Source: Treponemataceae bacterium (GTDB lineage Bacteria; Spirochaetota; Spirochaetia; Treponematales; Rectinemataceae). Taken from it: a DNA stretch of 64,000 nucleotides. This document shows, piece by piece, positions 1-9,607 of the stretch. Where the stretch lies: positions 1,504,001 to 1,568,000 of the forward strand of contig CAXXHO010000003.1 of assembly GCA_963667725.2 (NCBI GenBank), written 5' to 3'. How positions within the stretch are numbered: the stretch's first letter is position 1; every line of letters starts with the position of its first letter. The position numbers were made by a program, and so were the translations under genes. The notes under the pieces were generated by a model, which saw only the letters and a list, made by a program, of their open reading frames with translations, ran no database searches and had not been told where the DNA came from.

Positions 1-637
1 AATGATCGCTCATCTTCGCCTGCGCCGCGGCTGAAACCTTTCCGCGCAGGAAGGAATCGTCCACCTGTGGGCGGGACCTGATCTTGCCCAGGACGCGCAC
101 GAGATCCTCGCGCATCACCGAAAATACCTTGGCTATCCCATCCTCGGTGCTTCCGATTTCGAAGAGATCCAGAAGGACATCGTAGGGCTGTTCCCCCTTC
201 GGGTCCAGGACCGAGGCCATCTCGATATTGAGATCGACCATCTTCTGCAGATAGGGCGCGAAACGCGAAAAGTCATTTTCCTTCCGCGCCTGTACCCAGG
301 AAGCCTGGGAAAGGCTCGTCTGCCTCGCCATCTCCGTCACGAGCTCCGCGGGCAGCTTCGACTCTCTCTCGAATTCGCGTTTCGCCACGCGCAGATAGGC
401 CAATTCCAGGCCATCGAGGTCCTTGTCCTCTTCCAAGGCGGCCAGGAGATCGCCGATCTCGGGCTGGACGGCCTTTTCGTGAGCCAAACCCTGGATGAGG
501 GCGAGTTGTTCGGCCCTTTCCTCTACCGCGCGCTCCGGCAGATAGGTCTCCTGATCCCAGCCCAGCAACGCCCCTATATGGGTAAAGAGCGTGCGCTGGC
601 GATCTATCTCGATCAATCGCATGATTTCATCGCGCAT
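1..637 (-). CDS. Carboxypeptidase Taq (M32) family, N-terminal part (runs off window)
   Basis: Not in the ORF track. Hand translation from ATG at 637 (GAGGAG RBS upstream) gives MRDEIMRLIEIDRQRTLFTHIGALLGWDQETYLPERAVEERAEQLALI. The LL.WDQET..P......R..Q pattern is the typical M32 N-terminus. Confidence 0.85.
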   Translation of the reverse strand, partial: MRDEIMRLIEIDRQRTLFTHIGALLGWDQETYLPERAVEERAEQLALIQGLAHEKAVQPEIGDLLAALEEDKDLDGLELAYLRVAKREFERESKLPAELVTEMARQTSLSQASWVQARKENDFSRFAPYLQKMVDLNIEMASVLDPKGEQPYDVLLDLFEIGSTEDGIAKVFSVMREDLVRVLGKIRSRPQVDDSFLRGKVSAAAQAKMSDH

Positions 638-722
638 CGTTTCTCCTCGAAAAAATATATTTCGGATATGCTACCACGGTGCCGAAAAGTGTACAACCGC
701 GAAGAAACCAGGCTATACTGGA

Positions 723-2771
723 ATGGTGTACCTCCATGAATTGAGACAGCCCGTATCGACGCTGCGCGGCGCCGGTCCATCCATCGTCTCCCGCCTCGGC
801 CGGCTGGGCATAACGACCATAGCCGATCTCCTCACCCACTATCCCAGGGATTATGAGGACCGTTCCAGCTTCCGCTCCTTTTCCCATTTCGCGGACGGAG
901 GGTCCGTACACACCGCCGCCATCGTCACCGCCCACGAGTGGTTCGGTTTCGGCAGGATGAAGACTTTAAAAATACTCGTCAGCGACGAATCTTCGGAAGC
1001 CGCCCTCATCTGCTTCAACCGGCCTTTCCTCGAAAAGACCCTGCCCGTAGGCGCCAAGGTCGTCGTCCACGGCAAGTTCCAGTTCCGCTATGGTGAAATA
1101 CAGTCCTCAGCCTTCGATGTCGAACGCCTGGAGAAAGGCGCCAATCCCATAACGGGGCTTGTCCCCGTCTATCCCCTCACCGAAGGCCTCGCCCAGGGAG
1201 TCATGAGGAAGCTGATCCACGCAGCCATCGAAATGTACGGATGCCGGGTCGAGAATGAAATCGATCCCGCCGTCATCGCCGAACGAAAACTTCTTCCCAA
1301 GGCCCAAGCCCTTGCCTTCATCCACTTCCCCGCCGCCATCGCCGAGCGGGAAGCCGCGCTCAGAACCTTGGCCTATGAGGAACTTTTCAAGTTTCAGCTG
1401 AGCATCGCTCTGCGCATCAGGGCGCGCCGCTCCCAGAGCCTCCCGCGCAAGCCCGCCGCGGGAATTCTCGCCGAGCGGCTCCTGCAGCGCCTGCCTTTTT
1501 CTCTCACGCCCGACCAGACCAAGGTCCTCGCGGAAATCGCCGCCGACATGGATGAACCCCACCCCATGGCCAGGCTCCTCCAGGGCGACGTCGGTTCCGG
1601 AAAGACCATCGTCGCCCTCCTCGCGGCGCTGCGGGCTGTGGAGAGAGGTGGCCAAGTCGCCATCATGGCTCCCACCGAGCTCCTCGCGCGCCAGCATGCG
1701 GCCACGGCCGCCAAGCTCATTGAACCGCTCGGCATCCACCTCGCCTTCCTCACCGGCAACGTCGACGACGCGGCGCGGCCGCCCCTCCTCGAAGCCCTCA
1801 AGGCAGGCGCCATCGACATTGTCATTGGCACGCACGCCCTCTTCTCCCCCGACGTGGTCTATAAGTCGCTCAAATTCATCGTCATCGACGAGCAGCACCG
1901 CTTCGGCGTCATGCAGAGGATTGCCTTGTATAAAAAAGGAGACATCCCCGATATGCTCATGATGACGGCCACACCTATTCCGAGAAGCCTCGCGCTTACG
2001 CTTTTCGGCGACCTGGCCGTTTCTTCGATAAAAAACCTGCCTCCGGGGCGAAAACCCGTAAAAACGCATCTGGCAAAAGCGGGAAACGAGTCGAAGGTGT
2101 ATGATTTCGTGCGCAATATTATTCGGGAAGGCCGTCAGGCTTTCTTCGTCTACCCGCTTATCGACCAGTCGATCGACCAGCCGGACAAGGCTTCGCTCAA
2201 GAGCGCCGAGGAGATGGCCGGGCGGCTCGCGACGGAAATATACCCTGAATTCTCGGTGAGCCTGCTCCATTCCAAACTGAAGGAAGACAAGAAAAGGCGC
2301 ATAATGGATGATTTCGTGAGCGGAGCGACGAAGATACTCGTCGCCACCACCGTCGTCGAAGTGGGCGTGGACGTGCCCAACGCGGCCGTCATGGTGATCG
2401 AACACGCGGAACGTTTCGGGCTCTCGGCCCTCCACCAGCTGCGCGGCCGCATAGGAAGAAGCGAATATCAAAGCTATTGTTTTCTAATTTATTCCGGGGA
2501 TATCACAGAGGACGCGGTACAACGCCTGAAAGCGCTTTACGATTCATCTGACGGCTTCGCCTTAGCCGAAGAGGATCTCAAGATAAGGGGTCCGGGGGAA
2601 TTGCTGGGCACCGCTCAATCCGGCGCCCTCCGCCTTCTCATAGCCGACCCGCTGCGCGACTTTGAGCTTCTGAAGCTCGCCAGAGCCGACGCCTTCGCCG
2701 TCGTCAAGGATGACCCTGACTTCATCAAGGCCGGACATGGCGTCTACAGGCGGGGACTCGATTCAATTTAA
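723..2771 (+). CDS. recG: ATP-dependent DNA helicase RecG (start ATG 723 or GTG 726)
   Basis: Wedge domain (HYPRDYEDR), RLLQGDVGSGKT, DEQHRFG, MTATPIPRSL, GLSALHQLRGRIGR, GFALAEEDLKIRGPGE. Confidence 0.97.
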   Translation: MVYLHELRQPVSTLRGAGPSIVSRLGRLGITTIADLLTHYPRDYEDRSSFRSFSHFADGGSVHTAAIVTAHEWFGFGRMKTLKILVSDESSEAALICFNRPFLEKTLPVGAKVVVHGKFQFRYGEIQSSAFDVERLEKGANPITGLVPVYPLTEGLAQGVMRKLIHAAIEMYGCRVENEIDPAVIAERKLLPKAQALAFIHFPAAIAEREAALRTLAYEELFKFQLSIALRIRARRSQSLPRKPAAGILAERLLQRLPFSLTPDQTKVLAEIAADMDEPHPMARLLQGDVGSGKTIVALLAALRAVERGGQVAIMAPTELLARQHAATAAKLIEPLGIHLAFLTGNVDDAARPPLLEALKAGAIDIVIGTHALFSPDVVYKSLKFIVIDEQHRFGVMQRIALYKKGDIPDMLMMTATPIPRSLALTLFGDLAVSSIKNLPPGRKPVKTHLAKAGNESKVYDFVRNIIREGRQAFFVYPLIDQSIDQPDKASLKSAEEMAGRLATEIYPEFSVSLLHSKLKEDKKRRIMDDFVSGATKILVATTVVEVGVDVPNAAVMVIEHAERFGLSALHQLRGRIGRSEYQSYCFLIYSGDITEDAVQRLKALYDSSDGFALAEEDLKIRGPGELLGTAQSGALRLLIADPLRDFELLKLARADAFAVVKDDPDFIKAGHGVYRRGLDSI

Positions 2772-3274
2772 GCTTTCCGCGGACCGCCATTCGTCAAGAC
2801 GATTTCGGAACTGCCCATGAATTCGAGAATCTTCTCTTTTCTTGCCCTGGGCCCCAGCAGCTCCCTCACCCTGAGATATTTGCGGCGCAAATACTGGATG
2901 GAAGGAATGCTGGTGTCAAAATGGCTGGCGAGCTCCCAGTCCTTGTGCAGATATTTATCCGAGGAATCCTTCTTGTTGAGTTCAAGGAATTCCTGGAGAC
3001 GTTCCTTTGTCCACTGAACCGTCTGGCCCCTGGAGTAATCGTGCATATCCAGACGCCTTCTGGTTCTCTCATCCGCCCCTTCCATCTTTTTCTTCTTCCA
3101 GAAAGGATTGCGGTTGCGGGCAAAGAGAATATCCGCTTTGGTGAACCCCGTCGCTTCCATCCACAACTTGGCCAGCTTCGCCTTCTCGGCGGGCAGCAGC
3201 TTGGAGCGGAGGGAGCGTTCAACGTACTCTTCCGGAGTCGTGGACTCCAGAATCAGCTTTTCCCACTTCTTCAT
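2768..3274 (-). CDS. Basic hypothetical protein (168 aa), possibly nucleic-acid binding
   Basis: Clean ORF MKKWEKLILES..., with its own promoter (TTGAAA-N17-TATATT-N6-ATG). Lys/Arg rich. Confidence 0.75.
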   Translation of the reverse strand: MKKWEKLILESTTPEEYVERSLRSKLLPAEKAKLAKLWMEATGFTKADILFARNRNPFWKKKKMEGADERTRRRLDMHDYSRGQTVQWTKERLQEFLELNKKDSSDKYLHKDWELASHFDTSIPSIQYLRRKYLRVRELLGPRARKEKILEFMGSSEIVLTNGGPRKA

Positions 3275-3312
3275 AGTTATAATATAGTGAACTTGCAAGC
3301 GTATTTCAAATG

Positions 3313-3357
3313 AAATCGAAGGGGGCGGCGCGCATCGCGCGCCGCCCCCTTCGATTT
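3313..3357. terminator. Strong stem-loop downstream of pckG
   Basis: Inverted repeat aaatcgaagggggcggcgcgc / gcgcgccgcccccttcgattt. Confidence 0.8.
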
Positions 3358-3428
3358 ATGGCTGATTCGGAATCGGCGAAAGGCACGGAGCCGCTCAACG
3401 CTGAAACGCGAGCTTCTCCGGCGGTCGC

Positions 3429-5252
3429 TCAACTTGCCGAGAATTTGTCCGCGAGACCGGCGAGTTCCTTGAAAAGGGCGTCGGGAATCCTGTCGCCGAG
3501 GCCCAGGAGGTAGTGCCTGATCAAGTCCACTTCCTTCCTCCATTCTTCCGGCGAAACGGCGAAGCACTTCGCCAGAGCCTCTTTCGACATGGCGAGCCCC
3601 TCGATATCGAAATCCTCGACCGCGGGCATCAGCCCGATGGGCGTGTCGACCGCCGAAACCTTGTCGTCGCAGCGCTCGAACATCCATTTAATGACGCGGG
3701 CGTTGTCCGAGTATCCAGGCCAGAGGAACTTACCCTGATCGTCCTTCCTGAACCAGTTGACGTGGTAGATCCTGGGCAGCTTGAGCTCAGGTCTGCCAGC
3801 GAAGGACAGCCAGTGCGCGAAATAGTCGCCGATGTTGTATCCGCAGAACGGCAGCATGGCGAAGGGATCTCTCCTCAGGCGCCCAACCTGCCCCGCCGCG
3901 GCCGCCGTCGTTTCGCTGGAGAGCGTGGCGCCTAGGAATACTCCATGGTTCCAGCTCCTCGACTCATAGACGAGAGGAACGGTCGTCGAGCGGCGTCCGC
4001 CGAAAATAATGCCCGAGATGGGCACACCGTCGGGATTTTCCCAGTCCTCGTCGAGGGAGGGACAATTGGATGCGTGGACAGTGAACCTGGAATTCGGATG
4101 GGCCATGGGGCCGGTTGGCAAAGTCTCGCCCTTCGCCGGCGGGTTCTCGATGAGGTTTCCCTTCCAGTCGATGGTGCCTTTGGGAGCGTCGTAGCCGATG
4201 CCTTCCCACCAGACGTCGCCTTCGGGCGTCAGGGCGCAGTTCGTGAATATCGTGTCACGCTCGGCGCAGCGCATGGCATTGGCGTTGCTTTTATAGGAGG
4301 TATTGGGCGCGACGCCGAAGAATCCGGCTTCCGCGTTGATGGCATAAAGCCTGCCGTCGGCGCCGAATTTCATCCAGGCGATATCGTCGCCTACTGTCTT
4401 GACGGTCCAGCCGGGCAAGGAAGACTCGAGCATGGCGAGGTTCGTCTTGCCACAAGCCGAAGGAAAGGCGCCGGCGAAATATTTCTTCTTTCCCTCGGGA
4501 TTGGTGAGGCTTAAGACCATCATGTGTTCGGCGAGCCATCCTTCATCCCTGGCGATAACCGACGCTATACGGAGGGCGAAGCATTTCTTGTTGAGAAGGG
4601 CGTTGCCGCCATAGCCCGAACCGTAGGACCATATGGTGCGCTCTTCGGGGAAATGAGCGATGGTCATCCTGTCGGGATCGCAGGGCCAGCCTTCCTTGCA
4701 TGCCGAGCTGGGTCTTTCGCTCTTCCCGCATGAATGGAGGCAGCGGACGAATTCGCCGGATGTTCCCAACTTCTCCAGGACGGCGTCGCCCGTTCGGGTC
4801 ATGATATACATATTGACGGCGACATAGGCGGAATCCGTTATCTCGATGCCGATCTTAGCCATGGGGCTTTTCACCGGTCCCATCGAATAGGGAACGATAT
4901 ACATGATCCGTCCTCTCATCGCTCCGGCGAACAGAGGGGCGAGTCGACGCTTCATCTCATCGGGCGCTACCCAGTGGTTGGTGGGACCAGCGTCGCCTTC
5001 GGTCTTCGAACAGATGAAGGTTCTTTCCTCGACGCGCGCCGTGTCGGCGGGGTCCGATTCGGCGAGATAGGAATTGGGTCTCGCGGAGTCCGACAATTTC
5101 CTGAATGTTCCCGCTTTTATAAGACGACCGCAGAGCCGGTCATACTGTAGCTCGGAGCCGTCAAACAATTCGACGGCATCGGGCTGGCATAGCTCCGCCA
5201 TCTCCGTAATCCAGGCATTGACGCCCGGATGGACAAATTTGGGAATATTCAC
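3429..5252 (-). CDS. pckG: Phosphoenolpyruvate carboxykinase (GTP)
   Basis: GSGYGGNALLNKKCFALR, WLAEHM, AFPSACGKTNLAM, VGDDIAW, HPNSRFT, DPFAMLPFCGYN, HVNWFRK. GTG start with AAGGGGG RBS. Confidence 0.97.
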   Translation of the reverse strand: MNIPKFVHPGVNAWITEMAELCQPDAVELFDGSELQYDRLCGRLIKAGTFRKLSDSARPNSYLAESDPADTARVEERTFICSKTEGDAGPTNHWVAPDEMKRRLAPLFAGAMRGRIMYIVPYSMGPVKSPMAKIGIEITDSAYVAVNMYIMTRTGDAVLEKLGTSGEFVRCLHSCGKSERPSSACKEGWPCDPDRMTIAHFPEERTIWSYGSGYGGNALLNKKCFALRIASVIARDEGWLAEHMMVLSLTNPEGKKKYFAGAFPSACGKTNLAMLESSLPGWTVKTVGDDIAWMKFGADGRLYAINAEAGFFGVAPNTSYKSNANAMRCAERDTIFTNCALTPEGDVWWEGIGYDAPKGTIDWKGNLIENPPAKGETLPTGPMAHPNSRFTVHASNCPSLDEDWENPDGVPISGIIFGGRRSTTVPLVYESRSWNHGVFLGATLSSETTAAAAGQVGRLRRDPFAMLPFCGYNIGDYFAHWLSFAGRPELKLPRIYHVNWFRKDDQGKFLWPGYSDNARVIKWMFERCDDKVSAVDTPIGLMPAVEDFDIEGLAMSKEALAKCFAVSPEEWRKEVDLIRHYLLGLGDRIPDALFKELAGLADKFSAS

Positions 5253-5384
5253 GATAGCCCCCTTAAATTTTGTGTACTTAAGGGATACACCTGCTTTTAA
5301 AAGTTGACAAGGGGGATTTCGGATAGCAGGACGACGTTTCAACGCTTGAAATTATTGTGTCAAATTGAAAAAAAAGTTGCCGTC

Positions 5385-6728
5385 CTATTCGATGCGCCGA
5401 AACATCAGGGCGGAAAAGCCTTTTTTCTTTTTTTCGCCCAGTCGTTGCATGGCTGAGGGCTTTACCTTGTCAAAACGCGTCGTTACCGTCGGCGAGGAAA
5501 CGATGACGACAGCCCCGCCCTTCTTGACTGACCTGCGGATGAATTCCCAGTCCGGCTTTATGAAATCGTATTCAGGCACTTCTTCGGGAAACCAAAGGAT
5601 GGCGTCGAAGGAGGCGTCGCCGACAGTATCGCCGTCGATTGACTGGAGGGGGAAATATTCGGGATGGGGCGAGTTCAGGGCATCGATATTGGCCTTCGTG
5701 GCGAAAAGCGACAGCAGGTCGCGCGACAGGGCGTGGATTCTGGCGGGGCCGAGGGCTTTGCATGCCCAGAGCGCCGGCAGCCCGATGCCCGGCTCCGAAA
5801 TAAGCAGGTCCCGCACGAGGCTGCCGGCGCAGGCTTTTTCGAGAGCCTCCAGCGCCATCTCCGTCGCGAAGCTCGTGGTGTCGAATTCAGGGAGGCCCCA
5901 GAAACCGGAAACAGGCACCGGATAGCGCCCCAGTTTTCTCGCCGCCGAGCTGCGCCGGTACTGCTCCAAGCCTTCCAGCCTTCGGTCGGGGGAAGGATCC
6001 AGCGCCGCGGCGGGAATACTCAAGGCTGTCGGCTCAAGGTTATCCGCGGAAGCGGGTTTTTCCAGAATGAATACCGTATGCCCCTTCCCGGCCGATTTTC
6101 CGATAAGACTCATGCCCGAGGAGGCGCACCAGGCATCGGCCAGTTCGGCCAAGGTGTTGACTATGACGAAAGCCATCCTGCCGCCGGGATTGAGAAGCTT
6201 GCCCGCGCAGACGTTGACGAATCGCGAGAGTATGACCGGCCCGGCCTTGGCCGGCAGGTTGGAAACGACGGCGTCGAAAGGACCCAGCGGATCGTCTTCC
6301 CCCAACAAGCCGGGAGCGATGATGACTTCATTCAGGCGTTCTTCGTTGTTCTTGTGTTTGGGCGGTCTTTTCCCGATGGGCGGAGCCGCGCTGCCGTCGA
6401 TATTGAAGCGCATCACGGGAATGCCGTTTCTCCAGCAATTTCTTTCCGAAAAGGCGCAGGCAAGGATATCCCTGTCCCTCATGACGACTTTGGCCCGAGG
6501 GCAGGAGGCCGCCAGCGAAATCCCTATGATGCCGGTTCCGCAGCCCGCGTCCAGAATCGTCCTGGCTCCCGTTATGACCTCGTCATGGGCTATTTCCTTG
6601 AGGAGAAACCTCGTGCCCGTATCGATGGCGAAGGAAGAAAAGAGCGCGTGGGAGAGGTCGAAGCCGAGCCGGGCTCCGCGGTAGGCATAGTCTACCGTCT
6701 TGTTCACAAGGAGCTGGAGGTCAGTCAT
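5385..6728 (-). CDS. Class I SAM-dependent methyltransferase, RsmC/MTS-like, two-domain
   Basis: LFSSFAIDTGTRFLL, ILDAGCGTGIIG, VVSNLPAKAG. A second degenerate MTase-like domain occupies the C-terminal half. Confidence 0.8.
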   Translation of the reverse strand: MTDLQLLVNKTVDYAYRGARLGFDLSHALFSSFAIDTGTRFLLKEIAHDEVITGARTILDAGCGTGIIGISLAASCPRAKVVMRDRDILACAFSERNCWRNGIPVMRFNIDGSAAPPIGKRPPKHKNNEERLNEVIIAPGLLGEDDPLGPFDAVVSNLPAKAGPVILSRFVNVCAGKLLNPGGRMAFVIVNTLAELADAWCASSGMSLIGKSAGKGHTVFILEKPASADNLEPTALSIPAAALDPSPDRRLEGLEQYRRSSAARKLGRYPVPVSGFWGLPEFDTTSFATEMALEALEKACAGSLVRDLLISEPGIGLPALWACKALGPARIHALSRDLLSLFATKANIDALNSPHPEYFPLQSIDGDTVGDASFDAILWFPEEVPEYDFIKPDWEFIRRSVKKGGAVVIVSSPTVTTRFDKVKPSAMQRLGEKKKKGFSALMFRRIE

Positions 6729-6773
6729 GCGCGACGGCCTCCGTCGAAAAACCCGGCTTCGAAGGTTGGAAAA

Positions 6774-7337
6774 TCAGTTGTTTACCCGCTCCACGTAATC
6801 GTTCGACTCGGTGTTGACGAGAATCCGCTCGCCCTGCTTGATGAAGAGGGGAACGCGCACCACAAGGCCCGTTTCGGTGGTGATGGGCTTGGTCGCTCCG
6901 GAAACGGTGTCGCCCTTGATGTAATTCTCGCTCTCCACGACCGTGAAGATCATCTTATAGGGAATCTTGATGTCGATGGCCTCGCCTTCCCACATGACGA
7001 GGGTGTAGGTCTCGCCTTCCTTGAGATAGGGCTTTTTCTCCGCCTGGATCTCCATGGAGACGCCGAACTGCTCGAAGGTTTCGTTGTTCATGAACATGAA
7101 GTACTCGCCGTCGGAGTACTGGTACTGGCAGTCCTCGAGGTCGACCTGGGCATCCTCGACGGAGTCCGCGGTCTTGATCGTCTGCATGATGACGTTGCCG
7201 GTCTTCAGGCTTTTGGCCTTGACTCGGGCGAAGGCCGAGCCTTTGCCGGGGCTTACGAATTCCCGATCCACTACGATGTGGGGGACGTTATTGATGAGAA
7301 GGCATGTTCCTAGATTGATTTCGCCGCCGCGAACCAT
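6774..7337 (-). CDS. efp: Translation elongation factor P
   Basis: VSPGKGSAFAR loop, KGDTVSG, ETGLVVRVPLFIKQGE. Confidence 0.97.
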   Translation of the reverse strand: MVRGGEINLGTCLLINNVPHIVVDREFVSPGKGSAFARVKAKSLKTGNVIMQTIKTADSVEDAQVDLEDCQYQYSDGEYFMFMNNETFEQFGVSMEIQAEKKPYLKEGETYTLVMWEGEAIDIKIPYKMIFTVVESENYIKGDTVSGATKPITTETGLVVRVPLFIKQGERILVNTESNDYVERVNN

Positions 7338-7527
7338 GATAATTTCCTTTTATTGTCCGCCTTTTGAGGGCTACAATAATCGCATGAGGGATAGACGCTG
7401 AAAACGCCGCATTATTTCGCACCTATACTATTGCAAAATAAGGATTTTTGTAAAGATGCGGAGCCGTATCCCATTCGGACATGGCCCCACCCCTCCCCGG
7501 GTTCCCGCCCGGTTCCTGATCTCTCCT

Positions 7528-8499
7528 TCAGACGCCGTAAGCGGGGAAGGACTCAAAGGGAAAATTGATCACTTCGCTTATGTCGGACTGGCCGAGGAGA
7601 ACCATTGCCAGCCGGTCGAACCCTATCGCCACGCCCGAGCAGGGCGGAAAATCCTCAAAAATGGAGGGATAGCCTGGGTCGATTTTATGCGGGACGAGGC
7701 TGTTCGCCTTTTTTGCTCCCTGGCTGGTGAAATACGCCTTCACCGCCTCGGGGCTGCCCGTCTCGGTGAAGCAGTTCGCGATCTCGATGCCGTGTACGTA
7801 GAGTTCCCACCGCTCCTTGTAGGGCTTCCCTGGGATATCCTTGGCCAGGCACTCGATGCCGCGGGGGTATTCGTCCAGGACGAGGGGTCTGTCGACGGAG
7901 AGGGCCGGTTCGACGAGCGTGAGGAAAATGACGTTGAAAGCGTCCTCCCATGAAGAAGTATCGTCGATCATGAGGTTCTTGGCTTTCGCCGCCCCGATCA
8001 TGGCGCCGGTTTCCCCCAGCGCGTCGAGATCGAGGCTGGCGTATTCAGCGAAGGCTTCCGCCATCGTCACGCGCCTGAAGGGGGGCAAGGCGCTCTTCGG
8101 GGTATCGCTCGCGGCCAGCGTCCTGAAAAGCTCCTCCGTGAGTCCGATGTTGTCGCGGCTGTTCGCCCCTATCGTGTAGTATTCCAGCATGGTGAATTCG
8201 GGGTTGTGGATTCTGCTCAGCGACTCGGCGTTCCTGAAGGATTTACAGAGCTGGAACACGCTCTCCTTGGTGCTCGCTATGATGCGCTTCATCCATATTT
8301 CCGGGGAAGGGATGAGGTAGACCGGGTATCCTGCCCTGTAGGGGTGCACGAAGGCCGTGGCGAAGGCTTCCAAGCAGGATTCGGGGATCAGCGTGGGGGA
8401 AAGCGTCGGAGTGTCGGTTTCCAGGTAGTTTCTCGAGAGGAAAAAATCCCTGGTGAGGGTGACGAGCCTTGATCGGGCTCTCATGGTTTCAGTCGTCAT
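7528..8499 (-). CDS. epmA: EF-P beta-lysine transferase (class II LysRS paralogue lacking the anticodon domain)
   Basis: YLIPSPEIWMKRII, FQLCKSFRNAE, HNPEFTMLEYY, EIANCFTE, PPCSGVAIGFDRL. Adjacent to efp. Confidence 0.9.
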   Translation of the reverse strand: MTTETMRARSRLVTLTRDFFLSRNYLETDTPTLSPTLIPESCLEAFATAFVHPYRAGYPVYLIPSPEIWMKRIIASTKESVFQLCKSFRNAESLSRIHNPEFTMLEYYTIGANSRDNIGLTEELFRTLAASDTPKSALPPFRRVTMAEAFAEYASLDLDALGETGAMIGAAKAKNLMIDDTSSWEDAFNVIFLTLVEPALSVDRPLVLDEYPRGIECLAKDIPGKPYKERWELYVHGIEIANCFTETGSPEAVKAYFTSQGAKKANSLVPHKIDPGYPSIFEDFPPCSGVAIGFDRLAMVLLGQSDISEVINFPFESFPAYGV

Positions 8500-8535
8500 G
8501 CGGACAGTATAGCGGCCCGGTAAGAAAAAATCAGC

Positions 8536-9600
8536 CTAGATCGCCTGCCGCGCGCTGCGCCTGAACGCTTCGATCGACATCCAGGCCATGCCGAGCGCCG
8601 ATCCTTCAAGATCGCGCCGAATGACGCCGTCATCGTTTTCCGTGAAATAGCGCGCGGGCAGAGAAGGTCCCAGGCGGCCGATGTCGCTGTGAGCGATGGG
8701 GTCGGTCCTGAAATGCGGACAGGCCTCGAGGCAGGTGTCGCAGCCGTAGAGTCTCCCGTTCCATGCGGCCGCGATGTCAGAGGGCCGGTCTTCGTCCAGA
8801 GCGGTCCAATGCTGTATGCAGCGCTTCCTGTCATATCGGGAGGCTTTCCCGTCGCTCATATCATCCTCATCGCTCCCGCGGCCAGCGCTCATAGCGTCCA
8901 GCGCGCCCGGTGCTCCCAGCGCGCCTGTCGGGCAGGTGTCGACACAGCGTCTGCAATTCCCGCAAAGATTCCTGAGCGGAACCGGCAGTGCAGGCTCCAA
9001 ATCCACGGGGCAGAGCAGAAGTCCGAGCACGACGGCCGAGGAATATTCAGGATCGGTTGCGAGCTTCTCTTCCCTGCCGCGTTTGGCGATCAGAATCGTG
9101 TTTTTACCCGCCCATCCCAGGCCGGCCTTTACGGCCAAAGGCTTTTCCGGCAGTCCTGAATTGACGAGCCTGTGCCATTTCCGGGCGGAAGGCAGAACGA
9201 GGCCCGTTTCGGCCGCGTCGGCGATCGTGCGCGCCACAGCGGAGAGCATCCTCCCGGAAAGTTCGTTGTACCAGTTCGCCCTGGCGAACCGGGCTATCTT
9301 GAGCGGGGGCGAGCTTGTGGTCTTGCCCGGTCGCGCGTCGGCCCAGGGCGGCGCGGGATAATCGCCCTCGCCGTATCGCAGCGCGAGGACGGCGACGCTC
9401 TTGACGGAATCGACATCGTACTTGCGCCGCGCCGCCTCCGGCACGGCAGCGGCGGCGAGAGTTTCCATGAAGGATTCGCGGGGAAGAAAAGCGATACCGT
9501 AGAAGCCCTCGGCGGCGAGGTTCGCCGCGAGCAGGCTCCGCACGAGCGCGGAGCCCCCCGCGCCGCCGGCGCGGGGGCGCTCCGCTGCGCCTTGATTCAT
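8536..9600 (-). CDS. queG: Epoxyqueuosine reductase QueG-like Fe-S protein
   Basis: IARFAR, PEKPLAVKAGLGWAGKNT, CGNCRRCVDTCPTGA, RCI, YGCDTCLEACP. Confidence 0.75.
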   Translation of the reverse strand: MNQGAAERPRAGGAGGSALVRSLLAANLAAEGFYGIAFLPRESFMETLAAAAVPEAARRKYDVDSVKSVAVLALRYGEGDYPAPPWADARPGKTTSSPPLKIARFARANWYNELSGRMLSAVARTIADAAETGLVLPSARKWHRLVNSGLPEKPLAVKAGLGWAGKNTILIAKRGREEKLATDPEYSSAVVLGLLLCPVDLEPALPVPLRNLCGNCRRCVDTCPTGALGAPGALDAMSAGRGSDEDDMSDGKASRYDRKRCIQHWTALDEDRPSDIAAAWNGRLYGCDTCLEACPHFRTDPIAHSDIGRLGPSLPARYFTENDDGVIRRDLEGSALGMAWMSIEAFRRSARQAI

Positions 9601-9607
9601 GAAGGGA

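Noticed and set aside
7371..7412. Small upstream ORF (MRRFQRLSLMRLL) in the efp leader, minus strand
   Set aside because: It has no proline run that would sense EF-P, only a weak RBS, and a length expected by chance.
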